A stretch of DNA of 56,860 nucleotides, taken from Chloroflexi bacterium RBG_13_51_52 (GTDB lineage Bacteria > Chloroflexota > Dehalococcoidia > Dehalococcoidales > RBG-16-60-22). A program made the position numbers and the translations under genes. The notes under the pieces are model-generated. The model was not told the origin of the DNA and ran no database searches. It saw only the letters and a list, made by a program, of their open reading frames with translations. Below, in pieces: positions 6,982-15,143 of this stretch; position 1 is the first letter of the stretch, and each line of letters opens with the position of its first letter. The stretch spans positions 1 to 56,860 of the forward strand of contig MGMT01000024.1 of NCBI GenBank assembly GCA_001796525.1, read 5' to 3'.

Positions 6982-9672
6982 GTGGAATCGATTACCATCG
7001 TTCTGAACGGCGTGGAGGTCAGCGGTAATCCGGGGACAACGATTCTCGATCTAGCGCGCGAGTCAGGAGTTTACATCCCTACTCTCTGTCACGATCCTAA
7101 CCTTGCTTCAACCGGCGCCTGCCGGCTATGCCTAGTGGAAGACGAACGCTCCGGAGCATTGCTGGCTTCATGTGTCGCCCCAATAAGCGCAGGGATGACT
7201 ATCAATACGAATTCGGTGAAAGTACTGGAACATCGCAAAAAGATACTCAAGCTCATGCTGGCAAGCCATCCGGACACCTGTATGGTCTGCAACAAGGGCA
7301 ATCGCTGCCAGCTACGTAAACTAGCAACGGAGATGGGTATAGGGCTGATAGAATACCAGAAAATACCCCAGTTAGACATTATCGAAGAAGTTAATCCGTT
7401 CATAGAACGGGACCTTTCAAAGTGCATCCTATGCGGAAAATGTATCCGGGCCGACCAAGAGCTGGTGGTGGAGGGGGCTATCGATTATATAAACCGGGGT
7501 ACCCAGGCAAAGCCGGCGACATTGAATGATGTGCCGCTGGAGAAAGCCGAGTGCACTTTCTGCGGAGCTTGTGTAGCCATCTGCCCTACCGGCGCGATCA
7601 TGGAAAAGGAAAGCGCCTACACCGGCACAGCCACAAATGTTGTAACGACAATATGCCCTTACTGCGGCTGCGGATGTTCTATTTCTCTGGGCATCAAGGA
7701 TGGTAAGGTAGTCCACGCCCAACCAGCCCCCGATAGTCCAATCAACCGGGGGACTCTCTGCGTCCGCGGCAGTTACGGCTACGATTTTATTCACAGCCCG
7801 GAGAGGTTAAAGACACCTTTAATTAAAGTAAATGGAGAGCTACAAGAAGCAAGCTGGGAAGAAGCTCTGTCCCTTATAGCGAATGAAATCCGGAGAATAA
7901 AGAAGGAGCACGGCGCCGATGCCCTAGCTGTCTTTGGCTCCACAAAATGTACTAACGAAGAAAATTACCTGCTACAGAAATTTGCCCGGGGAGTGCTGGG
8001 CACAAATAACATTGATAATGGCAGTCGACTTTACAGTTCAGCCAGCCGTATTGGACTCGGGGCATCCATAGGCTACGCCGGAACAACGGGTTCGATAGAC
8101 GCTTTAGAAAGGTCAAAGGCGATTATGGTAATCGGCGCCAATCCGGAAATATCGGCTCCGATCGTGGCATATGCCATCAAGCGGGCAGCCAGATACAAGG
8201 GGGCAGAGCTATGCGTTATCGACCCCCGCTGGACGCCCCTAGCACAATTCGCCCGCTACTGGCTGCAACCAAAAGTGGGCACCGATATCGCGCTGCTGAA
8301 CGGCATGGCGAAAGTAATCATCGACGAAAAGAAATACGACGTGGAATTTGTCACACGCATGACGGACAACTTCACGCAATGGGCGAAGAGCCTGGAAAAA
8401 TATACACCAGCCTATGTAGAACACGTAACCGGCATTCCCAGAAACGAAATACAGGCAGCAGCCAGAATGTTGGCCGGGGCAGAAGAGGCTTCAATAATAT
8501 ATGGGAACGGTATAACCCAGCATGCTACCGGCACCGATGCCGTCATTGCCATAGCCAACCTGGCAATGCTGACCGGTAACCTAGGGAGGCACGGGGGAAT
8601 ATTCGCACTACAACGTGAAAACAACGCTCATGGCGCCTGTGATATGGGAACTTTACCCGGTTTTCTCCCCGGTTATAAGAGCATAGAAAACGCGCAACAC
8701 AGGAAGAAATACGAGGAACGCTGGGGGATACAGATACCCAGCCAAACCGGTCTGACAGCGGTTGAAATGATGGAGGCAGCGCTATCAGGAAAGGTCAAGG
8801 GGATATTCATCACCGGGGAGAACGTTATCGCGAGCTTTCCGCAGCCGTCCAAGGTCAAAAAGGCTCTGCAAAATCTGGAATTTCTCGTGATTTCTGATAT
8901 GTTCCTGACAGAGACCGCCAGGATGGCTAACGTAATATTACCGGCTGCGAGTTTCGCGGAGAAAGAGGGGACCTTTACTAACTTCGAGGGGAGAGTGCAG
9001 CGACTGCACAAAGCTATCGAACCCTGTGGAGAAAGCCTGCCTGATAGCGAGATAATTATGCGAATTGCGGCGAAACTGGAGTCACCGATGCCATATACTT
9101 CCAGCCAGCAGGTGATGGAGGAAATCGAAGAGATGGTCCCCTTCTACCATTACCTAGCTTATAGAGACACCGAGCCAATCGAGGCGGACATAGAGGGCAA
9201 CGAGATAAACGCCCCGAGCAACAGGAGGCTTTATAACGGATTGTTCCCCAGCGGTTTCGGGCGGTTTTCAGCGGTTGAATATACGCCTCCGACGGATGTG
9301 GCTACGGAAAAATATCCCTTTACACTGCTGGTAGGTTCGGTGCTCTTTAATTTCGGCACCGGCTCACGCAGCTCGCGTTCAAAACGATTAAAGCAGTTCC
9401 GACCGGAGGCACTGCTTGAAATGAATAATAATGATGCAAAACGCCTGGGCGTCAAGGACGGTGACAAGATCAAGATTACCTCAACGCAGGGAGAACTGAC
9501 AACCACCGCAAAGCTGGACGCCAAGCTGCAACCCGGCTTGCTTTTTATGCCGATATCCTTCCCCGAACCTCCGGCGTATGAGCTATTCGATACTACCCTG
9601 TACCATCAAGCTAAAGCCCCGGCGCTTAAATCCTGCGCCGTAAAGGTGGAAAGGATTACCGATGACGGTTAA
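6982..9672 (+). CDS. FdhA/NuoG-like Fe-S + molybdopterin-fold protein lacking canonical formate dehydrogenase catalytic residues
   Basis: GTG start. It has an N-terminal 2Fe-2S region (CHDPNL...GACRLCLV), 4Fe-4S ferredoxin motifs (CILCGKCIRAD, CTFCGACVAICP) and a Mo-oxidoreductase Fe4S4 motif (ICPYCGCGCSI). It aligns by eye along E. coli FdhH. At the Sec140-His141 position it reads RLYSSAS versus RVUHGPS, and at Arg333 it reads ALQRENN versus PVRGQNN. Confidence 0.8.
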   Translation: MESITIVLNGVEVSGNPGTTILDLARESGVYIPTLCHDPNLASTGACRLCLVEDERSGALLASCVAPISAGMTINTNSVKVLEHRKKILKLMLASHPDTCMVCNKGNRCQLRKLATEMGIGLIEYQKIPQLDIIEEVNPFIERDLSKCILCGKCIRADQELVVEGAIDYINRGTQAKPATLNDVPLEKAECTFCGACVAICPTGAIMEKESAYTGTATNVVTTICPYCGCGCSISLGIKDGKVVHAQPAPDSPINRGTLCVRGSYGYDFIHSPERLKTPLIKVNGELQEASWEEALSLIANEIRRIKKEHGADALAVFGSTKCTNEENYLLQKFARGVLGTNNIDNGSRLYSSASRIGLGASIGYAGTTGSIDALERSKAIMVIGANPEISAPIVAYAIKRAARYKGAELCVIDPRWTPLAQFARYWLQPKVGTDIALLNGMAKVIIDEKKYDVEFVTRMTDNFTQWAKSLEKYTPAYVEHVTGIPRNEIQAAARMLAGAEEASIIYGNGITQHATGTDAVIAIANLAMLTGNLGRHGGIFALQRENNAHGACDMGTLPGFLPGYKSIENAQHRKKYEERWGIQIPSQTGLTAVEMMEAALSGKVKGIFITGENVIASFPQPSKVKKALQNLEFLVISDMFLTETARMANVILPAASFAEKEGTFTNFEGRVQRLHKAIEPCGESLPDSEIIMRIAAKLESPMPYTSSQQVMEEIEEMVPFYHYLAYRDTEPIEADIEGNEINAPSNRRLYNGLFPSGFGRFSAVEYTPPTDVATEKYPFTLLVGSVLFNFGTGSRSSRSKRLKQFRPEALLEMNNNDAKRLGVKDGDKIKITSTQGELTTTAKLDAKLQPGLLFMPISFPEPPAYELFDTTLYHQAKAPALKSCAVKVERITDDG

Positions 9673-10150
9673 AACGAAGAAGAAATCCAAGGTAGATCTT
9701 AAGCAGATAGAGAAAATCATCGCGGGATACCGGGGAAAGCGGTGGGCATTGATACCACTGGTCCAAGAAATTCAGGAGAAGGCGGGATTCATTCCCCCCG
9801 AGGTTATCCCGAGTATTGCCGGCGCTTTAAATCTATTCCCCAGCCAAGTGCAGGCGGTGATTACATTTTACGCTCAACTTTATACGAAACCCCGGGGTAG
9901 AAATATCGTCAGGGTGTGCCGGGGAACCGCCTGCCACGTACGCGGCGGGAACTCTATTCTGAAGCTGACCAAACAGCACCTCGGCATCGAGGAGGGGCAG
10001 ACTAGCGAAGACATGGAATATACCCTGGAAACGGTAGCCTGTATCGGCGTGTGCGCGCTCGCCCCAAATTTGATGATAAACAAAGATACATATGGTAATT
10101 TGAATCCCAAGAAAGTTGCCAGAATATTCGGTAGAGGCAAGAAGGAGTAA
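9662..10150 (+). CDS. NuoE/HydC-like thioredoxin-fold [2Fe-2S] subunit
   Basis: Cys motifs CRGTACHVRG and CIGVCALAPNLMIN. It overlaps the upstream gene by 11 nt. Confidence 0.85.
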   Translation: MTVKTKKKSKVDLKQIEKIIAGYRGKRWALIPLVQEIQEKAGFIPPEVIPSIAGALNLFPSQVQAVITFYAQLYTKPRGRNIVRVCRGTACHVRGGNSILKLTKQHLGIEEGQTSEDMEYTLETVACIGVCALAPNLMINKDTYGNLNPKKVARIFGRGKKE

Positions 10151-10151
10151 T

Positions 10152-13100
10152 ATGCCGGTGAAGCGTACCGTATTTGTATGCCGGGGCACCGGTTGTGTTT
10201 CCGGCGGCGGCGATGTCGTTTTCGAAGCCCTGAAGTCGGAACTCGTTAAACAGGGAGTAACCGAAGCTGCGGCAGACTTTTCCGGATGCCATGGTTTTTG
10301 CCAGCAGGGACCCAACGTGGTGGTGGAACCGGACGGTATTTTCTATACGCATGTAGAACTAGAAGATGCTGCGGAAATCGTGAGTTCACACCTGCATAAC
10401 GGCATACCGGTCGAGCGTCTTTTTTACCGCGACCCGGTAACCGGCAAATCGATATCGCAATACGCCGATATTAAATTTTATGACGAGCAGCAACGCGTGG
10501 TGATGCGTAACTGCGGGCAGATAAATCCCGAAAGAATTCGCGATTATACAGCCCGCGGAGGCTACGAATCGTTGAAAAAGGCGCTTTTCACGATGAAGCC
10601 GAAGGATGTTATCGACGTGATAAAGCGTTCCGGGCTGCGCGGACGGGGCGGGGCGGGATTCTCTACAGGCACCAAATGGGAGTTCTGCCATAACGCTCCC
10701 GGGAACCAGAAGTATATGATTTGCAACGCCGATGAAGGCGACCCAGGCGCTTTTATGGACCGCTCCATATTAGAAGCCGACCCTCATTCTGTCTTGGAAG
10801 GTATGGCTATCGCGGCATATGCCATCGGCGCCAGCGAGGGATATATTTATGTCCGCGCGGAGTACCCGCTAGCCGTGCAACGCCTGAAAACGGCGTTGGT
10901 GCAGGCGCAGGAGAGAGGCTTTTCCGGCAATAAAATACTCGGTTCCGGATTCGATTTAAACGTACATATCAAGGAAGGCGCAGGTGCTTTTGTATGCGGG
11001 GAGGAAACGGCGCTGATAGCTTCAATTGAAAGCAAACGCGGCATGCCACGTCCCCGCCCTCCTTTCCCGGCAAATTCCGGGCTTGACGGCAAACCGACGA
11101 TTATCAATAACACCAAAACCCTTGCAACCATTCCTATTATTATAGAAAGAGGGGCAGACTGGTTTGCCAGCATCGGTACAGAAAAAAGCAAAGGGACAGC
11201 GGTCTTTGCCCTCACCGGGAAAATTGCAAACAGCGGTCTGGTCGAGGTACCGATGGGCACGCCGTTGTCTCATATAGTCTATAACGTGGGCGGCGGTATT
11301 CCGCGAGGGCGGAGCCTTAAAGCGGTACAGACAGGGGGGCCCTCCGGGGGCTGCATCCCGGCGCGATTCATGGATACACCCATAGAATACGAGACGCTGG
11401 CGAAACTGGGTTCTATCATGGGTTCGGGCGGTATGGTGGTCATGGACGAGGCGACCTGCATGGTGGAAGTGGCGCGCTTCTTCGTCAGCTTTACGCAAAG
11501 CGAGTCCTGCGGCAAGTGCACTCCCTGCCGGCTGGGAACGCGGCAGATGCTGGAAATATTGACCAGAATTACCGAGGGCAAAGGACGCGACGATGACATC
11601 GACGCCCTACTTTCCATAGCGAAAACAGTTAAAGAATGTTCACTATGCGGGCTGGGGCAGACCGCACCTAACCCGGTGCTCTCTACCATTAACTATTTCC
11701 GCGATGAATACGAGGCTCATATAAGGGAGAAGAAATGCCCGGCGGCGGTCTGCGAAGCTTTGATGATATCGCCCTGCCAGCATACCTGCCCGGCGGGCAT
11801 CAATATACCGAAGTACGTGGCATATATCGCCGATGGCGATTATAAAGCTTCCATCGAGACTATAAGGGAACGCAACCCTTTTGCCGCGGTATGCGGACGC
11901 ATCTGCCACCATCCCTGCGAGGGACGGTGCCGACGCGGGGAGCTGGACGAGGCAGTGGCTATAAGGACACTGAAACGGTTTGCCGCCGACTGGTATGTGG
12001 AACATGGCGCCGAGATGGGAGAAGTAAAGCCTTTCCCAATCACGAAAAAACAGAAAGTGGCGGTGGTGGGAGCGGGACCGACCGGACTTGCCTGCGGCTA
12101 TTTCCTGGCGCAGTCAGGATACCCGGTGACGGTTTTCGAAGCATTGCCTATTGGTGGGGGCATGTTATCGGTAGCGATCCCGGAGTTTCGCTTACCGCGT
12201 GCTGCTATAGAGCAGGACATCGAATATATCATCAAAAAGGGCGTGGAGATAAAATACAATACACCGATTAATACTAACTTTACGATAGAACATCTAAGGA
12301 AAGACGGATATGCCGCAGTCTTTATCGCGGCAGGCGCGCAGAGGAGCCAGCGCCTGGGTATACCAGGAGAGGTCGAAGACTTAGAGGGTCTATACTACGG
12401 CTTGCGGTTCCTGCGGGATGTCAGGCTGGGGAGAGAGACGAAGGTAGGTAAAAAGGTGGCTATCATCGGGGGTGGCAACGTTGCCCTGGACGCAGCCCGT
12501 ACTTCACTCCGCCTCGGTGCGGAGGAAACCAGTATCTATTACCGTCGCTCCAGAGATGAGATGCCGGTCTCCGAAGTGGAGTATGAGGAGGCGATGGCTG
12601 AAGGTGTGAAAATCAATTTCCTGGTTTCTCCAACCAGAATAATCAGCGATAACTGGAAGGTTACCGGGATTCAATGTACCCGCATGCAACTGGGTGAACC
12701 CGACGACAGCGGAAGGCGACGCCCTATCCCCATCACGGGGTCGGAGTCTACAATCGCAGCGGATACGGTTATCGCCGCGGTGGGACAGGCGCCCGACCTT
12801 TCTTTCCTGCCACCCGATAGCGCCCTCGAACGGACGAGGTGGGAGACCCTGGTCACAGACAGTAATACTCTGGCGACTAACATACCCGGTATCTTCGCCG
12901 GCGGCGATTTTGTCACAGGGCCGGACATGGTTGTTAACGCCGTCGCGGCGGGGAGGAGAGGGGCAATCGCTATAGACAAGTACCTGCGCAAAGATACCTC
13001 ACGCGTGGAAATTTATGACAAGAAGTTGAAAAACGAAGGTGCAAAGCCACTGGAACTCGATGAGACATGGGAGAACCAACCCAGGACGAAGGTAAATACG

Positions 13101-13211
13101 CTGCCGCTACCGGAAAGGCGAGCGAGCTTTACAGAAATCGAGCTGGGCTTTTCTGAAGATATCGCCCAGCGCGAGGCCAAAAGGTGTCTGCGGTGCGACC
13201 TGGAAGAATGA
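10152..13211 (+). CDS. NuoF/HydB-like NADH-FMN-FeS module fused to GltD/NfnB-like FAD/NAD(P) oxidoreductase module
   Basis: I take the start as ATG 10152, behind GAAGGAG and just after the nuoE-like TAA; the track start at 10116 overlaps that gene. Motifs: N-terminal 2Fe-2S (VCRGTGC...CHGFC), GRGGAGFSTGTKW, ESCGKCTPCRLG, then CQHTCPAGINIPKY, VAVVGAGPTGLACG and VAIIGGGNVALDAART. Confidence 0.85.
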   Translation: MPVKRTVFVCRGTGCVSGGGDVVFEALKSELVKQGVTEAAADFSGCHGFCQQGPNVVVEPDGIFYTHVELEDAAEIVSSHLHNGIPVERLFYRDPVTGKSISQYADIKFYDEQQRVVMRNCGQINPERIRDYTARGGYESLKKALFTMKPKDVIDVIKRSGLRGRGGAGFSTGTKWEFCHNAPGNQKYMICNADEGDPGAFMDRSILEADPHSVLEGMAIAAYAIGASEGYIYVRAEYPLAVQRLKTALVQAQERGFSGNKILGSGFDLNVHIKEGAGAFVCGEETALIASIESKRGMPRPRPPFPANSGLDGKPTIINNTKTLATIPIIIERGADWFASIGTEKSKGTAVFALTGKIANSGLVEVPMGTPLSHIVYNVGGGIPRGRSLKAVQTGGPSGGCIPARFMDTPIEYETLAKLGSIMGSGGMVVMDEATCMVEVARFFVSFTQSESCGKCTPCRLGTRQMLEILTRITEGKGRDDDIDALLSIAKTVKECSLCGLGQTAPNPVLSTINYFRDEYEAHIREKKCPAAVCEALMISPCQHTCPAGINIPKYVAYIADGDYKASIETIRERNPFAAVCGRICHHPCEGRCRRGELDEAVAIRTLKRFAADWYVEHGAEMGEVKPFPITKKQKVAVVGAGPTGLACGYFLAQSGYPVTVFEALPIGGGMLSVAIPEFRLPRAAIEQDIEYIIKKGVEIKYNTPINTNFTIEHLRKDGYAAVFIAAGAQRSQRLGIPGEVEDLEGLYYGLRFLRDVRLGRETKVGKKVAIIGGGNVALDAARTSLRLGAEETSIYYRRSRDEMPVSEVEYEEAMAEGVKINFLVSPTRIISDNWKVTGIQCTRMQLGEPDDSGRRRPIPITGSESTIAADTVIAAVGQAPDLSFLPPDSALERTRWETLVTDSNTLATNIPGIFAGGDFVTGPDMVVNAVAAGRRGAIAIDKYLRKDTSRVEIYDKKLKNEGAKPLELDETWENQPRTKVNTLPLPERRASFTEIELGFSEDIAQREAKRCLRCDLEE

Positions 13212-13236
13212 GATTCCTTAGAGGGAGGGGTCAGCT

Positions 13237-13881
13237 ATGAAGTCAATAACAAAGCAAAAAACAATGGAAGAAGTTGAACAGAGCCTGAAAGGGCTGGATA
13301 GAATATTTATAATAGGCTGCGGCACCTGTACGACCATGACGAAGACCGGAGGCATCGACCAGGTAGCGGAGATGAAGGGAAAGCTACAGGACCTGGGCAA
13401 GCGGATAACCGGCACTACAGTAATACCCACCGCCTGCGACGACATGACCGAGACGGCGATGAAAGAAAACGAACAGTTTATACGCAACGCCGATGTGATT
13501 TTATCCATGGCCTGCGCGCTGGGGGTGCACCGGATGAGCCTGAACATCAGCAAACCGGTGATTCCCGCAGTTGATACATTATTTATAGGGGTGGAGGAGA
13601 CACCCGGATTTTTCCGCGAAGCCTGCGCCCAGTGCGGACAGTGTCTGCTCGGGGAGACAGCGGGAGTCTGCCCCATTACCGCCTGTCACAAGGGACTGGT
13701 CAACGGTCCTTGCGGGGGTACCAATAACGGCAAGTGTGAGGTGGACAAGGAAAAGGACTGTGCATGGACGCTGATATACAATCGATTAAAAGAGCAGGGC
13801 AGGCTCGAACTAATGCACCGGTACCAGCCGCCCCGCAACCATCACATCAGTCTGAAACCGAGGTCGGTGAGAATTCAGTGA
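13237..13881 (+). CDS. metV: Methylene-THF reductase Zn/Fe-S accessory subunit (MTHFR C-terminal-domain protein, MetV-type)
   Basis: Cys-rich signature ...CAQCGQCLLGETAGVCPITACHKGLVNGPCGG...GKCEV. It lies immediately upstream of metF. Confidence 0.8.
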   Translation: MKSITKQKTMEEVEQSLKGLDRIFIIGCGTCTTMTKTGGIDQVAEMKGKLQDLGKRITGTTVIPTACDDMTETAMKENEQFIRNADVILSMACALGVHRMSLNISKPVIPAVDTLFIGVEETPGFFREACAQCGQCLLGETAGVCPITACHKGLVNGPCGGTNNGKCEVDKEKDCAWTLIYNRLKEQGRLELMHRYQPPRNHHISLKPRSVRIQ

Positions 13882-13894
13882 GGGGGTAAGGAAA

Positions 13895-14779
13895 ATGGTA
13901 TCGCGTTTTAAAGAAGCTCTTAACTCCGGAAAGTTCGTAATTACGAGCGAAGTCGCCCCGCCGAAAGGGACGAACCTGGAAAAGATGTTCCACCACATCG
14001 AACTACTGAAAGATAAAGTGGATGCCATGAATGTCACGGACCACCAGAGTTCTGTGATGCGATACCCGTCACTGGGGGGGTGCCTGGCGGTTAAAGAGAG
14101 GGGCGGCGAGGCTATCATGCAGATGACCTGCCGCGACCGTAACCGGATGGCGCTGGAAGCCGACCTGCTTTTTGCATACAGCAGGGGCATCGAGAACGTA
14201 TTATGCCTTACCGGCGACGCGGTACCGGTTGGCGACCACAAGGAAGCCAAGGGCGTCTTCGACCTGGACTCACTACAACTACTGAAAGCTATCAAGCAGC
14301 TGACAGCCGGAGAGGACTTAGGCGGGAACAAGCTCGAAGGAGCGGTGGAGTTTTGCGCGGGGGCTATTGTTACGCCGGAGGCGCAGCCTATCGAGCCACA
14401 ATTGATAAAATTTGAAAAGAAGGTAGAAGCCGGCGCTGAATTTTTCCAGACCCAGGCTATCTATGACCTCGATAATTTCAGGAAATTTATGGAATACGCC
14501 CGAAAGCTAAAAGCCAAAGTGCTGGCGGGTATCGTCCTGCTTTCATCCGCCAGAATGGCAAAGTATATGACGGAGAACGTACCCGGTATCTTTGTGCCTA
14601 AGAACCTCATTGACGAACTGTCCGCAGTGCCGAAAGAGAATATGCTAGCCAAAGGGATTGAAATAGCGGGGCGGACAATCGCCGCTTTGAAGAAAGAAGC
14701 TCTTTGCGACGGCGTGCATATCATGGCTATCGGCAAAGAGGAGGTTGTGCCCGATATACTGGCGGCGGCGGGGCTTTAG
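13895..14779 (+). CDS. metF: 5,10-methylenetetrahydrofolate reductase
   Basis: 294 aa with ...VITSEVAPPKGT...NVTDHQSS...MQMTCRDRNR...ENVLCLTGD..., typical of MetF. Confidence 0.85.
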   Translation: MVSRFKEALNSGKFVITSEVAPPKGTNLEKMFHHIELLKDKVDAMNVTDHQSSVMRYPSLGGCLAVKERGGEAIMQMTCRDRNRMALEADLLFAYSRGIENVLCLTGDAVPVGDHKEAKGVFDLDSLQLLKAIKQLTAGEDLGGNKLEGAVEFCAGAIVTPEAQPIEPQLIKFEKKVEAGAEFFQTQAIYDLDNFRKFMEYARKLKAKVLAGIVLLSSARMAKYMTENVPGIFVPKNLIDELSAVPKENMLAKGIEIAGRTIAALKKEALCDGVHIMAIGKEEVVPDILAAAGL

Positions 14780-14942
14780 TTTAATCATTAATCGCAAACC
14801 ATATTCCGGTTGTTCAGACTTAATACATTGTTGAGTTGATTTTACTTTTTTTTAATGATATAAATTGTAATATGAAACATGCCATCATGCAGAGAAAATG
14901 CTTTTTGTTTTTCAAATCGAATAAAAGGAACGGGGAATAGAG

Positions 14943-14971
14943 TTGACAATTAAGGAAATATGGATTATAGT
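14943..14971 (+). promoter_or_regulatory. sigma70-type promoter upstream of the ABC transporter operon
   Basis: TTGACA (14943-14948), 17-nt spacer, TATAGT (14966-14971). This implies a ~165-nt 5' UTR before ATG 15144. Confidence 0.55.
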
Positions 14972-15143
14972 ATTTGAAAATTGAAAATTACAGGATAACA
15001 ATACACGGCGGAAGACGGGTATTCTGTGCGTGTTGATATAGGAAATTAAGAAAAGCCCAAAAATATTTATAACAGGGGAGGTCGATAATAGCCAATAATA
15101 AGAATATTTCAGGAATCGCCAAAATTTTAAAGAGGAGGAAAGA

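Noticed and set aside
6982-9672. Annotation as a bona fide (seleno)cysteine formate dehydrogenase alpha subunit, or a recoded TGA
   Set aside because: There is no in-frame TGA. The position equivalent to Sec140/His141 of FdhH reads Tyr-Ser and there is no nearby Cys. It is kept as FdhA/NuoG-like only.
10116-10151. Upstream start for the NuoF-GltD fusion, with similar long track starts at 36520, 46878 and 3715
   Set aside because: These extensions overlap the preceding gene or lack an RBS. Internal starts at 10152, 36541, 47115 and 3649 have good SD sequences and give canonical N-termini.
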